A DNA stretch of 64,000 nucleotides from Rhodobacteraceae bacterium Araon29 (GTDB taxonomy: Bacteria > Pseudomonadota > Alphaproteobacteria > Rhodobacterales > Rhodobacteraceae): assembly GCA_039640505.1 (NCBI GenBank), contig CP046865.1, positions 3,375,661-3,439,660 on the forward strand, given 5' to 3'. The position numbers were made by a program, and so were the translations under genes. Under the pieces are notes generated by a model that was given only the letters and a program-made list of their open reading frames with translations, had not been told where the DNA came from and did not search any database. This document shows positions 1 through 10,772 of this stretch, piece after piece. Positions within the stretch are counted from its first letter, which is position 1, and every line of letters begins with the position of its first letter.

Positions 1-929
1 AACGTGCTCTATCTCTGGCCCTGAGCCTCTGTTTGGCCTCGGTGATCATTTTCGCCGTGGTTGAGGTCGCGCCCGGTGATCCCGCCTCATTTATGCTCGG
101 TATCAATGCGCAGCCCGACACCGTGGCCGCGCTGCGCGCCGAGCTGGGGCTGGACCAGGGCAAATTTGCCCGCTACATCGCGTGGATCGGCGGAATGCTG
201 AGCGGGGATTTTGGCCTGTCCTACACTTATCGTAGCCCGATTTCGGATATGATCGGCGAGCGGCTTTGGATTTCACTGCCCTTGGCGATTTATGCCCTCG
301 TGATATCAACCGCGATTGCCTTTCCCACAGGTCTTTATGCCGCCTCACGGCGCGGCAAAGCCGGTGATGTGGCGGTGATGGGGGCGACCCAGTTGGGTGT
401 GGCCATTCCGAATTTCTGGTTTGCGATGATCTTGGTGGTGATCTTTGCAATTAAGCTGCGCTGGTTTTCGGCTGGCGGCTTTGCCGGTTGGGACGATGGG
501 CTGTTCCTTGGGCTAAAGTCTCTGACCCTTCCGGCGATTGCCTTGGCTCTGCCGCAGGCCGCGATCCTGTCGCGCGTGATGCGCAGTGCGCTGATTGAAA
601 CCCTGTCAGAAGATTATATTCGCACCGCCCGCGCCAAAGGGCTTGGCAAACGGGCCACGCTTTGGCGGCACGCCCTGCGCAACGCGATGATCCCGGTGCT
701 GACCATTATCGGGCTACAGTTTTCCTTTCTGATGGCTGGCGCAATTATCATCGAGCAAGTGTTTTTCCTGCCCGGTCTGGGCCGCTTGGTGTTTCAGGCG
801 ATCACCCAGCGCGATCTGATTGTGGTGGAAAGCGTGGTCATGCTGTTGGTGTTTGCGGTCATCTTGGTGAATTTCCTGGTCGATCTGGCCTATGCGGCGG
901 TGGATCCGCGTCTGAGAGAGCGCACATGA
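1..929 (+). CDS. ABC transporter permease, Dpp/Opp (peptide/nickel/opine) type, DppB-like; 5' partial, continues upstream of window
   Basis: Reading frame is open from base 3. Multi-TM BPD_transp_1-like sequence (…EVAPGDPASFMLG…, …SRVMRSALIETLSEDYIRTARAKGL…). Stop overlaps the next permease start (ATGA). Confidence 0.85.
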   Translation, partial: RALSLALSLCLASVIIFAVVEVAPGDPASFMLGINAQPDTVAALRAELGLDQGKFARYIAWIGGMLSGDFGLSYTYRSPISDMIGERLWISLPLAIYALVISTAIAFPTGLYAASRRGKAGDVAVMGATQLGVAIPNFWFAMILVVIFAIKLRWFSAGGFAGWDDGLFLGLKSLTLPAIALALPQAAILSRVMRSALIETLSEDYIRTARAKGLGKRATLWRHALRNAMIPVLTIIGLQFSFLMAGAIIIEQVFFLPGLGRLVFQAITQRDLIVVESVVMLLVFAVILVNFLVDLAYAAVDPRLRERT

Positions 930-1747
930 GCCGCAGCCGTTCCCTGACCATCGGGGCTGTGCTCAGCCTGATGATCCTGCTGATCGCAGCGGTGTCGTTT
1001 ATCTGGGTGCCGTATGATGTTACCCAATTGAGCATTCCCGATAAACTGCAGCGGCCCAACTGGACCCACTGGCTGGGCACCGATCACTTTGGCCGCGATC
1101 TGTTTTCCATGATCATGGTGGGCGCGCGCACCTCGATCGCCGTGGCGCTATTGGCGGTGGGTATCGGGATCGGGCTTGGCGTGCCCTTGGGGCTCGCGGC
1201 AGCGGCGCGTCAGGGATCGCTTCTGGATGAGGTGATCATGCGCACCAATGATCTTATCTTTGCCTTTCCCTCACTGGTGATTGCCATTTTGATCACCGCG
1301 CTTTTTGGCGCAGGGGCAATGAACGCCATCATTGCTATCGGAATTTTTAATATTCCGGTGTTTGCTCGTGTCACCCGCGGTGGTGCGCTCAGCCTGTGGC
1401 AGCGTGAATTTATCCTTGCCGCGCGGGTCAGCGGCAAATCCGCTCTGCGCATATCGGTTGAGCATATCCTGCCCAATGTCAGCAATCTTTTGATTGTGCA
1501 GGGCACCATTCAGTTTAGCCTTGGAATTCTGGCCGAAGCGGGCCTCAGCTATGTAGGTCTTGGGGCGCAGCCGCCGACACCAAGTTGGGGCAGAATGCTG
1601 GCCGATGCGCAAACCATGGTCAGCTTTGCGCCGCATCTGGCAATCATTCCGGGCAGCGCCATTATCCTTACCGTGCTGGGGCTTAACCTGCTGGGCGATG
1701 GGCTGCGCGATCATTTAGACCCCAAGGTCAGGAAGGGGCGCGGATGA
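926..1747 (+). CDS. ABC transporter permease, DppC-like
   Basis: ATG at 926 overlaps the upstream stop. Hydrophobic 6-TM pattern with EAA-like loop (…ILAEAGLSYVGLGAQPPTPSWG…). Confidence 0.85.
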   Translation: MSRSRSLTIGAVLSLMILLIAAVSFIWVPYDVTQLSIPDKLQRPNWTHWLGTDHFGRDLFSMIMVGARTSIAVALLAVGIGIGLGVPLGLAAAARQGSLLDEVIMRTNDLIFAFPSLVIAILITALFGAGAMNAIIAIGIFNIPVFARVTRGGALSLWQREFILAARVSGKSALRISVEHILPNVSNLLIVQGTIQFSLGILAEAGLSYVGLGAQPPTPSWGRMLADAQTMVSFAPHLAIIPGSAIILTVLGLNLLGDGLRDHLDPKVRKGRG

Positions 1748-3333
1748 GCTTGCTGAACGTGCAAAACCTTTCTGTGGATATTGGCGATCTAACCGTTCTG
1801 GACAGCATTAGCTTTGATCTTAAATCCGGCGATATTCTTGCCCTGACGGGCGAAAGTGGATCGGGCAAGTCAATGACCGCGCTGGCACTAATGCAATTGC
1901 TGCCCGAAGCGGCCATATGCAGCGGCTCTATTCAACTTGACGGCCGCGAGGTGATCGGGCTGGATGACCCGTCGCTTTGCAAGCTGCGCGGGGCGCAGGT
2001 CAGCATGGTGTTTCAAGAGCCGATGACAGCGCTTAATCCGGTCAAAACCATCGGCAATCAGGTGATGGAAACCCTGCTAGAACATGATATGGCGCAAAAG
2101 GCCCAAGCTCGGCAGCAAGCCCAGCAGGTGCTGGAACGGGTCGGGCTTCCCGCTGCCCAGATTTCAATGAACAGCTATCCGCATCAATTGTCGGGCGGTC
2201 AGCGGCAACGGGTGGTCATCGCTATGGCCATCGCGCTGCGCCCGAAGCTTTTAATTGCGGATGAGCCGACCACAGCACTGGATGTCACCACCCAGGCGCA
2301 AATCTTGAGGCTGCTGAAAAAGCTTACCAAAGAGGACCAGATGGGGATGATAATGATCACCCATGATCTGGCTGTGGTGGCCGATATGGCCGATGAAATC
2401 GCAGTGATGCAACTTGGTAAAATAGTTGAAAAAGCCGGCCCTGAAACGCTGTTTACCGCCATGCAGCACCCCTATACCAAAACCCTTTTTGCCGCCTCGG
2501 GGCATCAGGTTGCCCTACCGCCATTGCCGCCAGATCCACCACCCTTGCTTGAGGTCAAAGACGTTTATCGCAGCTACACGCTGCCACGCCGCGCCCTGTG
2601 GCAAAAACCGGCCCAAAAACCGGCGGTTCAGGGGGTCAGCTTTGAGCTACGCCGCGGCGAAAGGCTGGGTCTGGTGGGCGAATCGGGTTGCGGCAAATCC
2701 ACCCTGACACGGGCAATATTAGGGCTTGATCCGATTGATAAGGGCGATATCTGGCTCAATGGGCAAAGCCTGCATGGGGCGGGCGCCGATCTGCGCCGTG
2801 ATATTCAAGTGGTGTTTCAAGACCCCTACGGCTCGTTCAACCCGCGTCATAAAGTCGGCCGGCTTATTCGAGAGCCCTATCATCTTTTGACGCAGCCCCC
2901 GACCCCACTGGATCAGGGTGATGCCGTGGTCACTGTGCTCAAAGCGGTCGGCCTGCACGCCGAGGATCAATTTAAATATATCCATGAGTTTTCCGGTGGC
3001 CAGCGGCAACGGATCGCCATTGCCCGGGCGCTTATCATTCGCCCCAAACTGGTTATTTTCGATGAAGCCGTCTCAGCGCTTGATGTCTCGGTGCGGGCGC
3101 AAATCCTTGATCTGATTGCTGCACTGGCCGAAGATTACGGGCTCAGCTATCTATTTATCAGTCACGATCTTTCCGTGGTGCGCACCATTACCGATCGCTG
3201 TTTGGTGATGCAAAACGGAGAAATTGTCGAACATGGCCAAACCGCCGCTATCCTTGACAATCCGCAGCATACCTATAGCCAAGAATTGATCGCGGCAGCC
3301 CCCAAGCTGCCCAGAATTTCCATAGGAGCCTAA
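1744..3333 (+). CDS. ABC transporter ATP-binding protein with two fused ATPase domains (DppD/DppF-like)
   Basis: Two Walker A motifs (GESGSGKS, GESGCGKS) and two ABC signatures (LSGGQRQR twice). Start overlaps the preceding permease stop. Confidence 0.9.
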   Translation: MSLLNVQNLSVDIGDLTVLDSISFDLKSGDILALTGESGSGKSMTALALMQLLPEAAICSGSIQLDGREVIGLDDPSLCKLRGAQVSMVFQEPMTALNPVKTIGNQVMETLLEHDMAQKAQARQQAQQVLERVGLPAAQISMNSYPHQLSGGQRQRVVIAMAIALRPKLLIADEPTTALDVTTQAQILRLLKKLTKEDQMGMIMITHDLAVVADMADEIAVMQLGKIVEKAGPETLFTAMQHPYTKTLFAASGHQVALPPLPPDPPPLLEVKDVYRSYTLPRRALWQKPAQKPAVQGVSFELRRGERLGLVGESGCGKSTLTRAILGLDPIDKGDIWLNGQSLHGAGADLRRDIQVVFQDPYGSFNPRHKVGRLIREPYHLLTQPPTPLDQGDAVVTVLKAVGLHAEDQFKYIHEFSGGQRQRIAIARALIIRPKLVIFDEAVSALDVSVRAQILDLIAALAEDYGLSYLFISHDLSVVRTITDRCLVMQNGEIVEHGQTAAILDNPQHTYSQELIAAAPKLPRISIGA

Positions 3334-3337
3334 AGAC

Positions 3338-4792
3338 ATGTCGCTTCCCAAACTGCCCTTTGCCGCAGATAAATGCCTTATTGGTGGCCGGTGGATTACC
3401 CCTCAAACCGGCAATACAATTGATCTGATCAACCCCTCGGACGGAAGCGCGCTAACGGCGATTGCCGCAGGTGGTGCGGAAGATATCGACGCCGCGGTTG
3501 CCGCAGCCCGCAGTGCATTCGACACAAGCTGGTCCCAAACCACCGCAACCGATCGCGGCCGTATGTTAAGCAAGCTGTCGGCGCTGGTGTTAGAGCATAG
3601 CGCCTATCTGGCCGAACTTGAGGCGCTGGATGTGGGCAAACCGCTAAAACAGGCCCATGCGGATGCCATCGCTCTAGCGCGTTATATGGAGTTTTATGGC
3701 GGCGCGGCGGATAAGCTGCACGGCGAAACCCTGCCCTATCAACAGGGCTATACGGTCTACACCCTGCGCGAGCCACATGGGGTTACCGGCCATATAGTGC
3801 CGTGGAATTACCCAATGCAAATCATCGGCCGATCGGTGGGTGCGGCATTGGCGATGGGCAATGCCTGCGTGCTGAAACCCGCAGAAGAGGCTTGCCTGAC
3901 AGCATTGGCCTTTGCCGATCTGGCGGGCAAGGCAGGTCTGCCCGACGGGGTTTTAAACGTGGTGCCCGGCACAGGTCAAAGCGCGGGTGCCGCCTTGGCA
4001 GCGCACGGCGGCATTGATCATCTTAGCTTTACCGGATCCGTGATAACCGGACAGCGGGTGCAGGCGGCAGCCGCGCAGCACGTGGTGCCGGTCACGCTTG
4101 AGCTTGGCGGGAAATCCCCACAGGTGGTCTTTGAAGATGCTGATCTTAACGCCGCCTTGCCGTTTTTAATCAATGCCGGGATACAAAATGCCGGTCAGAC
4201 CTGCTCAGCCAGCAGCCGGATATTGGTGCAGCGCGGCCTTTATGAACAGGTGGTTGAACGCATGTCCGAACGCTATCAAAGCCTGACAGCGCGGCCCGCA
4301 ATGGCAGATGGCGATTTGGGGCCGCTAATATCAGCGCGTCAGCAGGGCATCGTGAACGGGTTTTTGGAACAGGCGAGCGATCTGACCTGCGCCGCCAAAG
4401 GGCAGATTGCCGAGGATGCGCCGAAAGGTGGCAGCTATGTGGCGCCGCATCTTTTTGCCGATGTGGCCCCGACCCACGCGCTGGCACGCGATGAGGTGTT
4501 CGGGCCAGTGCAGGTGGTGATCCCGTTTGAGGATGAGGCCGAAGCGATTGCCATTGCCAACGGCACCGATTACGGGCTGGTGGCCAGTGTCTGGACCCGT
4601 GACGGCGGGCGGCAGATGCGCATGGCCAAGGCTCTGCGCTCGGGTCAGGTGTTTATCAATAACTACGGCGCTGGCGGCGGGGTTGAGCTGCCCTTTGGCG
4701 GGCGCGGACTGTCGGGTCACGGCCGCGAAAAAGGCTTTGAGGCGCTTTACGGGTTTTCGGCGCTGAAAACCGTTGCCGCGCATCATGGCTAG
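3338..4792 (+). CDS. NAD(P)-dependent aldehyde dehydrogenase family protein
   Basis: 484 aa. ALDH-like core with glutamate-site motif (LELGGKSP) and catalytic-Cys context (GQTCSASSR). Confidence 0.85.
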   Translation: MSLPKLPFAADKCLIGGRWITPQTGNTIDLINPSDGSALTAIAAGGAEDIDAAVAAARSAFDTSWSQTTATDRGRMLSKLSALVLEHSAYLAELEALDVGKPLKQAHADAIALARYMEFYGGAADKLHGETLPYQQGYTVYTLREPHGVTGHIVPWNYPMQIIGRSVGAALAMGNACVLKPAEEACLTALAFADLAGKAGLPDGVLNVVPGTGQSAGAALAAHGGIDHLSFTGSVITGQRVQAAAAQHVVPVTLELGGKSPQVVFEDADLNAALPFLINAGIQNAGQTCSASSRILVQRGLYEQVVERMSERYQSLTARPAMADGDLGPLISARQQGIVNGFLEQASDLTCAAKGQIAEDAPKGGSYVAPHLFADVAPTHALARDEVFGPVQVVIPFEDEAEAIAIANGTDYGLVASVWTRDGGRQMRMAKALRSGQVFINNYGAGGGVELPFGGRGLSGHGREKGFEALYGFSALKTVAAHHG

Positions 4793-5948
4793 CGGACGGC
4801 TTCGCCTGACGAACCGCGATGCGCGCAGGCTCTGGATCTGGACCAATGGACTGGCCGAAACGCCAATAGGTCCATGCAAGCTGATGGATATTGTGAACCG
4901 TTTGGGGTTCGTTCAGATCGATACCATCCGCAATGTCACCCGCGCCCATAATCATATTTTATGGTCGCGCAATCAAAACTACCGCGAAGGGGCGATCTGG
5001 GACCGCTTAGCGGCCCGCGATGTGTTTGAGCATTTCACCCATGATGCCAGCCTGATCGCGGCTGATGTGCTGCCCTATTGGGGCCTGCAGTTTGCCCGAT
5101 TAGAGGCTGCGATATCGCGCAACACTTGGTATCAGTCAGGTCTGGCCCAAGAACAGGTGGCCGCAATCGTTGCGCGCATCAAAGTCGAAGGCGCCCTATC
5201 CACTCATGCGTTTGACACAAAGGCTAAAATCCGTGAGATGTGGGCGCGGCCGCCGCATAAAAAGGCCCTTGATCACCTTTGGTATGCCGGAAAACTGGCC
5301 ACCTCGCATCGTGAAAAATTTGTAAAGTTCTACGATCTGGCCGAACGTGTTTTCCCGCCCCATGAGCAGCGCACAGACGCCGAGGCGCTGCGCTGGCTCG
5401 CGGCTGCAGCGATGGACAGGTTAAGTTTCGCCGCGCAGGGCGAGGTGCAGCGGTTTTGGGATGTAATAAGCGCGCAGGAAGCCAGAGAGTGGACCACGAA
5501 AACCAAGGACCTTATCCCGATAGAAGTCACCTGTGCAGATGGGTCGACCTATGCCGCAATAGCGCATCCGGACATAGAAAAACGGCTGCGTGCAGCGCCT
5601 GAGCCCACATCAAAACTGCGCATTTTAAACCCGTTTGATCCGCTGATCCGTGACCGTAGCCGACTGGAAAAGCTATTTGGCTTTGCCTACCGCAATGAAA
5701 TGTTTGTGCCAAAGGCCAAACGCATCTGGGGGTATTATGTGTATCCCCTGCTCGAAGGCACGCGGTTTGTTGGGCGAATTGAGCTTAAGGCCGACCGCAG
5801 CAAGCAGCTGCTTGCTGTAATCGGTTTTTGGAAAGAACCGGGTCAGCAGTGGAGCACTGCGCGCTGGAATAAATTGGAAGCCGAACTGCGCCGGTTTGGC
5901 AGGTTTGCCGGCTTAAGCACGCTGAGATGGGATATCGAACGTGTTTAA
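4785..5948 (+). CDS. winged-helix DNA-binding protein, YcaQ/AlkZ-like (DUF1006) family
   Basis: 391-aa ORF. ATG at 4785 overlaps the ALDH stop (ATGGCTAG). TTG at 4773 is an alternative start. Family assignment is from overall sequence resemblance, not a defined motif. Confidence 0.5.
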   Translation: MASGRLRLTNRDARRLWIWTNGLAETPIGPCKLMDIVNRLGFVQIDTIRNVTRAHNHILWSRNQNYREGAIWDRLAARDVFEHFTHDASLIAADVLPYWGLQFARLEAAISRNTWYQSGLAQEQVAAIVARIKVEGALSTHAFDTKAKIREMWARPPHKKALDHLWYAGKLATSHREKFVKFYDLAERVFPPHEQRTDAEALRWLAAAAMDRLSFAAQGEVQRFWDVISAQEAREWTTKTKDLIPIEVTCADGSTYAAIAHPDIEKRLRAAPEPTSKLRILNPFDPLIRDRSRLEKLFGFAYRNEMFVPKAKRIWGYYVYPLLEGTRFVGRIELKADRSKQLLAVIGFWKEPGQQWSTARWNKLEAELRRFGRFAGLSTLRWDIERV

Positions 5949-6005
5949 CTTGAATATCATTGGATTTGAGCGCAAGCTTTGAATGAGGACAGCGGAGGCA
6001 TTTGG

Positions 6006-6752
6006 ATGAGACTGGACGGAAAAACGGCCATTGTTACCGGCGGAGGTTCGGGATTTGGTGCCGGGATAGCGCGTAAATTTATCGCCGAGGGCGCACAGGT
6101 GGTGATCGCCGATATCAACAGTGCAGCGGCTGAAAGCCTGAGCGATGAGCTGGGCGCAGCAGCCTTTGCCGCCCATGTGGATGTTGCAGATTTACGCTCG
6201 GTAAAAGCGCTTGCCCACCAAGCTGAAAAAGATGTGGGAGCGGTTGATATTATCATTAACAACGCCGGGGTGACCCATTTGCCAACGCCGCTAGACGAGG
6301 TCAGCGAAGAAGATTTTGACCGCGTGTTTTCGGTCAATTGCAAATCTGTCTATTTGACAGCCAAAACCTTTGTGCCGGCCATGAAAGCGCGCGGCGACGG
6401 GGCGATTTTAAATATCGCATCCACCGCAGGCGTATCACCACGGCCCAACCTCAATTGGTACAACAGCTCGAAAGGCTGGATGAACACGGCGACCAAAACC
6501 ATGGCGGTCGAGCTGGCACCCTTTGGCATCCGCGTGAATGCCATCAATCCCGTGGCAGGTGAAACGCCTTTGCTTGCGTCGTTTATGGGCGAAGATACGC
6601 CCGAGATACGCGCCAAATTCCTATCAACCATTCCTTTGGGGCGGTTTTCCACACCCGAAGATATTGCCAACAGCGCCTGCTATCTATGCTCGGACGAAGC
6701 CAGCATGGTGACCGGGGTCTGCATGGAAGTGGATGGCGGGCGGTGTATCTAA
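6006..6752 (+). CDS. SDR family oxidoreductase
   Basis: TGGGSGFG Rossmann motif and NNAG motif. GGAGG RBS 7 nt upstream of ATG 6006. The ORF track start at 5979 is probably too long. Confidence 0.8.
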   Translation: MRLDGKTAIVTGGGSGFGAGIARKFIAEGAQVVIADINSAAAESLSDELGAAAFAAHVDVADLRSVKALAHQAEKDVGAVDIIINNAGVTHLPTPLDEVSEEDFDRVFSVNCKSVYLTAKTFVPAMKARGDGAILNIASTAGVSPRPNLNWYNSSKGWMNTATKTMAVELAPFGIRVNAINPVAGETPLLASFMGEDTPEIRAKFLSTIPLGRFSTPEDIANSACYLCSDEASMVTGVCMEVDGGRCI

Positions 6753-7750
6753 TGCAGCCCGGACCACGTAATTTAATCACCGATGTTGCAGGAATTGAGG
6801 TCGGCAACGCCTGTGATGCGGCGCTGAAATCCGGCGTCAGCGTGGTTCTGTCGGATGCCCCCATGACCGCCTCTTGTGCGGTGATGGGCGGTGCACCTGG
6901 AACCCGGGATACCGAATTGCTTGAACCCGACAAAACCGTACCGGCGGTTGACGCGCTGGTGCTGTCTGGCGGATCTGCTTTCGGGCTTGATGCGGCCAGC
7001 GGCGTCAGTGCCTGTCTGGCCAAAGAAGGTCGTGGCTATAGGGTGGGCAGCGCCAAAGTGCCGATTGTGCCCACTGCTATATTGTTTGATTTGCTCAACG
7101 GCGGCGATAAAAACTGGGCGACCAACCCCTATGCGGCTCTTGGCCGCGCCGCCTTTGAGGCCCGCAGCGAAAGTTTTGATATAGGCACTGCAGGCGCAGG
7201 CTACGGCGCGCTCTGCGGAATGATGAAGGGTGGTCTTGGCTCTGCTTCATTTCAGCTTAGCTCTGGGATCACCGTCGGGGCGTTGGTGGCCGCCAATCCG
7301 GTTGGCAACCTAGTGGAACCGGAGGGCAAACGGTTCTGGGCTGCCCCGTTTGAGGTTGGCGCAGAGTTTGGCGGCTGCGGTGTGCCAAACCCCAAGGGCC
7401 CCGTTGGACTTGCGCAAAGCAAACTTGGCCGTTTGGTTGACGGCGCCAACACCACACTGGCCATCGTGGCCACCGATGCCATTTTGACCAAAGCCGAAGC
7501 CAAACGCTTGGCTACCATTTCGCATGACGGCTTTGCACGCGCCATTTTGCCCTCGCATTTGCCGCAGGATGGGGATTTAATCTTTGCCGCTTCAACCGGC
7601 AGGCAGGCTGCACCCGAAGGCCGGTTGGGATTTGCCGAGCTGTGTCACGCGGCCAGCCTATGCGTCGCGCGCGCCGCAGCACGCGGTATATTTGAAGCAA
7701 GCAGAGAGCAGAATGATACGCTACCCACTTGGGCTGATTTCAATCGCTAA
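6752..7750 (+). CDS. P1 (S58, DmpA/L-aminopeptidase-like) family peptidase
   Basis: N-terminus NLITDVAGIEVGNA is typical of the DmpA/S58 family. ATG overlaps the SDR stop (TAATG). Confidence 0.7.
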   Translation: MQPGPRNLITDVAGIEVGNACDAALKSGVSVVLSDAPMTASCAVMGGAPGTRDTELLEPDKTVPAVDALVLSGGSAFGLDAASGVSACLAKEGRGYRVGSAKVPIVPTAILFDLLNGGDKNWATNPYAALGRAAFEARSESFDIGTAGAGYGALCGMMKGGLGSASFQLSSGITVGALVAANPVGNLVEPEGKRFWAAPFEVGAEFGGCGVPNPKGPVGLAQSKLGRLVDGANTTLAIVATDAILTKAEAKRLATISHDGFARAILPSHLPQDGDLIFAASTGRQAAPEGRLGFAELCHAASLCVARAAARGIFEASREQNDTLPTWADFNR

Positions 7751-7836
7751 GGGGCCAGATATCTTTTCAAGCATGGCACATCTGAATTTCTAAACCACGC
7801 ATTTATTCAACGAACACTAAAAAACACCGCAGGGCG

Positions 7837-8478
7837 CTAAATCGACCGGTTTGTGGCTTTTGGATGCGCCAATGTGATGCCAACTTGATAGCTTTTCGCA
7901 AGCAGGGATTGGCGGCGCTTAATTGAACCAGTGGCACCGCAGAGCACTTCGAGCCTGCGTGGAGAGAAGCCAAAATAACCAAAGGTTCCCTTGATCCATG
8001 CGGTTTCCAATGCAGACAGGTACCCGCCATTTTCCATTTCATCTGAGCGTGCTCCGGCCGGGACTAGAAGCACTCCGGAACGGGGCCTTTGGAGTGAGCT
8101 TTCCGGGTCTTGTAATTGATCGTAGGCCCAACCCCAGCTCCAGACACGGTCGAGCCAACCCTTAGTCATCGATGGCATGCCCCACCAAAATAGCGGAAAA
8201 ACCAGACAGATTGCATCAGCTCGCGCAATCCGCCGTTGTTCGTGGGCCACATCATCCGATGGGGTTGCGTGGGGTTCTCTTGCAATGTCAGCCATTGAAA
8301 AACGCGGATCAAAACCTTCCGCATGTAAATCTGCTAGCTCGACCGAATGACCAGACGCCTCTGCGCCAGCCATGAATTGCTGGGCAACAGCAGCGCTAAA
8401 CGACTTTGGGTTGGGGTGATCTAGAATGGTCAATACATGCAAATGCGCAGCCTTCAGAAAATATTTTTCCAGCGCCAT
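7837..8478 (-). CDS. NAD(P)H dehydrogenase (quinone)-like, flavodoxin-fold protein
   Basis: 213 aa. Flavodoxin_2-like sequence (…VLTILDHPNPKSF…, …FPLFWWGMPSMTKGWLDRV…). Confidence 0.6.
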   Translation of the reverse strand: MALEKYFLKAAHLHVLTILDHPNPKSFSAAVAQQFMAGAEASGHSVELADLHAEGFDPRFSMADIAREPHATPSDDVAHEQRRIARADAICLVFPLFWWGMPSMTKGWLDRVWSWGWAYDQLQDPESSLQRPRSGVLLVPAGARSDEMENGGYLSALETAWIKGTFGYFGFSPRRLEVLCGATGSIKRRQSLLAKSYQVGITLAHPKATNRSI

Positions 8479-8732
8479 TTAAGACTATGGATGCAAAACC
8501 AGTTCACAAGCTGGCCGCTCCAAATACGCGTGTAGGCGTTGGCTTAAACGCATTCCGCCCGAGAGTTGAGTTTAGGTCAAGAGGAAACTTACTGGTGCGC
8601 TTTTTCACATTTGGAGGGCCAGGGCACTGGGCGACATAGGAACACCTTGCCAATGCCTTGGCGTGTCTTGTCGTGTTCGCCACAATATTGTCCGATATCA
8701 CAATAGCCTAGATCACCGACCGCGCGCTTGTG

Positions 8733-10580
8733 TCAGCCCTTTTCGTGAAAAAATCCAAAAATTTTCTCGGCCATGGCAGCGGAAATGCCATCTACGGCCT
8801 TTAGATCGGCTAGATTGGCGCGGCTAACGGCTTTGGCCGAGCCAAAATGGGCAAGCAATGCGCGTTTGCGTGATGCGCCCACACCGGTTATTTCGTCAAG
8901 GGGCGTGGCCCCAATGGCCTTGGCCCGCTTGGCCCGATGGGTGCCGATTGCAAACCTGTGCGCTTCATCCCGCAGTCTTTGGATGAAATACAGCACCGGG
9001 TCATTGCGCTGCAGAGCAAAGGGGCGCTGGCCGCGCATGTGGAACTCTTCTTTGCCCAGATCACGATCAATGCCCTTGGCCACCCCGACCATGGGGATGT
9101 CGTCCACGCCAAACTCGGCCATAACCTGCGCCACGGCAGAGACCTGACCTGCGCCGCCATCGATCAACAATAGATCCGGCCAGTGATCCAAACTACGGTC
9201 GGGGTCTTCCTTCAACAGACGTTTAAAGCGGCGGCTCAGCACCTCTTTCATCATGCCGAAATCATCGCCCGGGGTCACGTTTTCATCGGATATATTAAAC
9301 TTGCGGTAGCTGTTTTTCATCAGCCCCTCAGGGCCGGCCACAATCATCGCGCCAACCGCGTTGCTGCCCTGAATATGCGAGTTGTCATAAACTTCGATAC
9401 GCTGCGGCGGCTGATCTAGTTCAAAGGCGTCCGCCAGACCGCGCAGCAGTTTTGCCTGGGTCGCAGTTTCGGCCATTTTGCGCGCCAGACTTTCCTTTGC
9501 ATTGCGCAGCGCGCCCGAGATGAGTTCAAGTTTTTCACCGCGCAAGGGGACGATAATATCAACCTTGCGGCCGAGCTTATCACTGAGCAATTGCTGCATC
9601 AGATCGGCGTTTTCAATACCGTGGGACAGGATCATGGCGCGCGGCGATTCCTTGGTGGCGTAAAACTGACCCAAGAACGCTTCCATCACCTCGGCATGGC
9701 CCATATCAGCAGCCACACGCGGGTAAAAATCCCGATTGCCCCAGTTTTGATTGGCACGGATGAAAAACACCTGCACGCAGGCCTGACCCGCTTCGAGATG
9801 CAGCGCAACAATATCGGCCTCTTTGACAGTTCTGGGATTGATCCCTTGGGTGGTTTGCACTTGCGTCAACGCGCGAATACGGTCGCGAAGGGAAGCAGCC
9901 TGTTCAAACTCCATCGCTTCAGAGGCAGCGGCCATTTGCGCGGCCAGCGTTTCTTGCACCTCGGTCGAGCGACCCGATAAAAACCGCTGCGCATCCTTGA
10001 CCGACGCGGCATAATTATCGCGTGAAATACGATCAACGCAAGGCCCGCTGCAGCGCTTGATCTGATACTGCAAGCACGGCCTCGTGCGGCTTTCAAACAT
10101 CGCATCGGTGCAGTTGCGCAGCATGAACACCCGCTGCAATTGCGATAAGGTTCGGTTCACTGATCCGGCGCTGGCAAAGGGCCCGTAATAGGCGCCTTTT
10201 TCTGATTTTGCACCGCGATGCTTTTTGATCTGGGGAAAGCGGTGCTGGGTGGTGACAAGAATATTGGGAAAGGATTTATCATCCCGCAGCAAAACATTAT
10301 AGCGCGGTTTCAGCTGCTTTATCAGGTTCTGCTCTAGCAGCAGGGCTTCGGTTTCGGTGCGCGTGGTGAGAAACATCATCGAAGACGTTTCAGAAATCAT
10401 CCGAGCGATACGCGCCGAATGACCGCTTGGACGAGCATAGTTTGAGACCCGCGCTTTTAAGTTACGCGCTTTACCGACGTATAAAACCCGTGCCTGATCA
10501 TCCAGCATACGGTACACACCAGGCGAGCTGTCCAGCGTTGCTACATACTTTTGGATAATTTTATAGCCGGTTTTATTCAT
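8733..10580 (-). CDS. uvrC: excinuclease ABC subunit C
   Basis: 615 aa. N-terminal GIY-YIG (PGVYRMLD…[17 protein letters not shown]). C-terminal (HhH)2 region (…[24 protein letters not shown]…). Confidence 0.9.
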   Translation of the reverse strand: MNKTGYKIIQKYVATLDSSPGVYRMLDDQARVLYVGKARNLKARVSNYARPSGHSARIARMISETSSMMFLTTRTETEALLLEQNLIKQLKPRYNVLLRDDKSFPNILVTTQHRFPQIKKHRGAKSEKGAYYGPFASAGSVNRTLSQLQRVFMLRNCTDAMFESRTRPCLQYQIKRCSGPCVDRISRDNYAASVKDAQRFLSGRSTEVQETLAAQMAAASEAMEFEQAASLRDRIRALTQVQTTQGINPRTVKEADIVALHLEAGQACVQVFFIRANQNWGNRDFYPRVAADMGHAEVMEAFLGQFYATKESPRAMILSHGIENADLMQQLLSDKLGRKVDIIVPLRGEKLELISGALRNAKESLARKMAETATQAKLLRGLADAFELDQPPQRIEVYDNSHIQGSNAVGAMIVAGPEGLMKNSYRKFNISDENVTPGDDFGMMKEVLSRRFKRLLKEDPDRSLDHWPDLLLIDGGAGQVSAVAQVMAEFGVDDIPMVGVAKGIDRDLGKEEFHMRGQRPFALQRNDPVLYFIQRLRDEAHRFAIGTHRAKRAKAIGATPLDEITGVGASRKRALLAHFGSAKAVSRANLADLKAVDGISAAMAEKIFGFFHEKG

Positions 10581-10749
10581 GATGTGCGCATTGGTCTAAG
10601 GGTATCTATCGAATTGATAATGATTCTTTCCTAGCTGCAATGTTATAGCTTTGGGATCAAGAGAAAAGCTGTCCACCGTTCCTGTGGATAACTCTGGGGA
10701 AAAGCAATGAGAATCTGGATTTTTCTTTGCAAAGTCTGCAACTTCGCTA

Positions 10750-10772
10750 ATATGCCTAAAAATTAGGCATAT
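10750..10772. promoter_or_regulatory. perfect 10-bp inverted repeat with 3-bp spacer (ATATGCCTAA-AAA-TTAGGCATAT) in the AT-rich region upstream of uvrC
   Basis: Read directly. Sits about 170 bp upstream of the uvrC start on its coding strand side, in a 325-bp AT-rich intergenic region. Confidence 0.25.

Noticed and set aside
103-7700. Many 60-180-aa ORFs on the strand opposite to, or out of frame with, the large genes (e.g. 103-450, 1271-1714, 4331-4879, 5957-6343, 6583-7023)
   Set aside because: They lie entirely inside well-supported genes. They are Arg/Pro/Ala-rich with no start or RBS context. These are typical shadow ORFs of GC-rich coding sequence.
8479-8732. 10-bp palindrome ACAATATTGT (8682-8691) plus a nearby CACAATA repeat upstream of the NAD(P)H dehydrogenase gene; small ORF 8406-8639
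   Set aside because: A short palindrome in AT-rich DNA is expected by chance. The ORF has no RBS and sits in a promoter/terminator spacer. Too weak to call.
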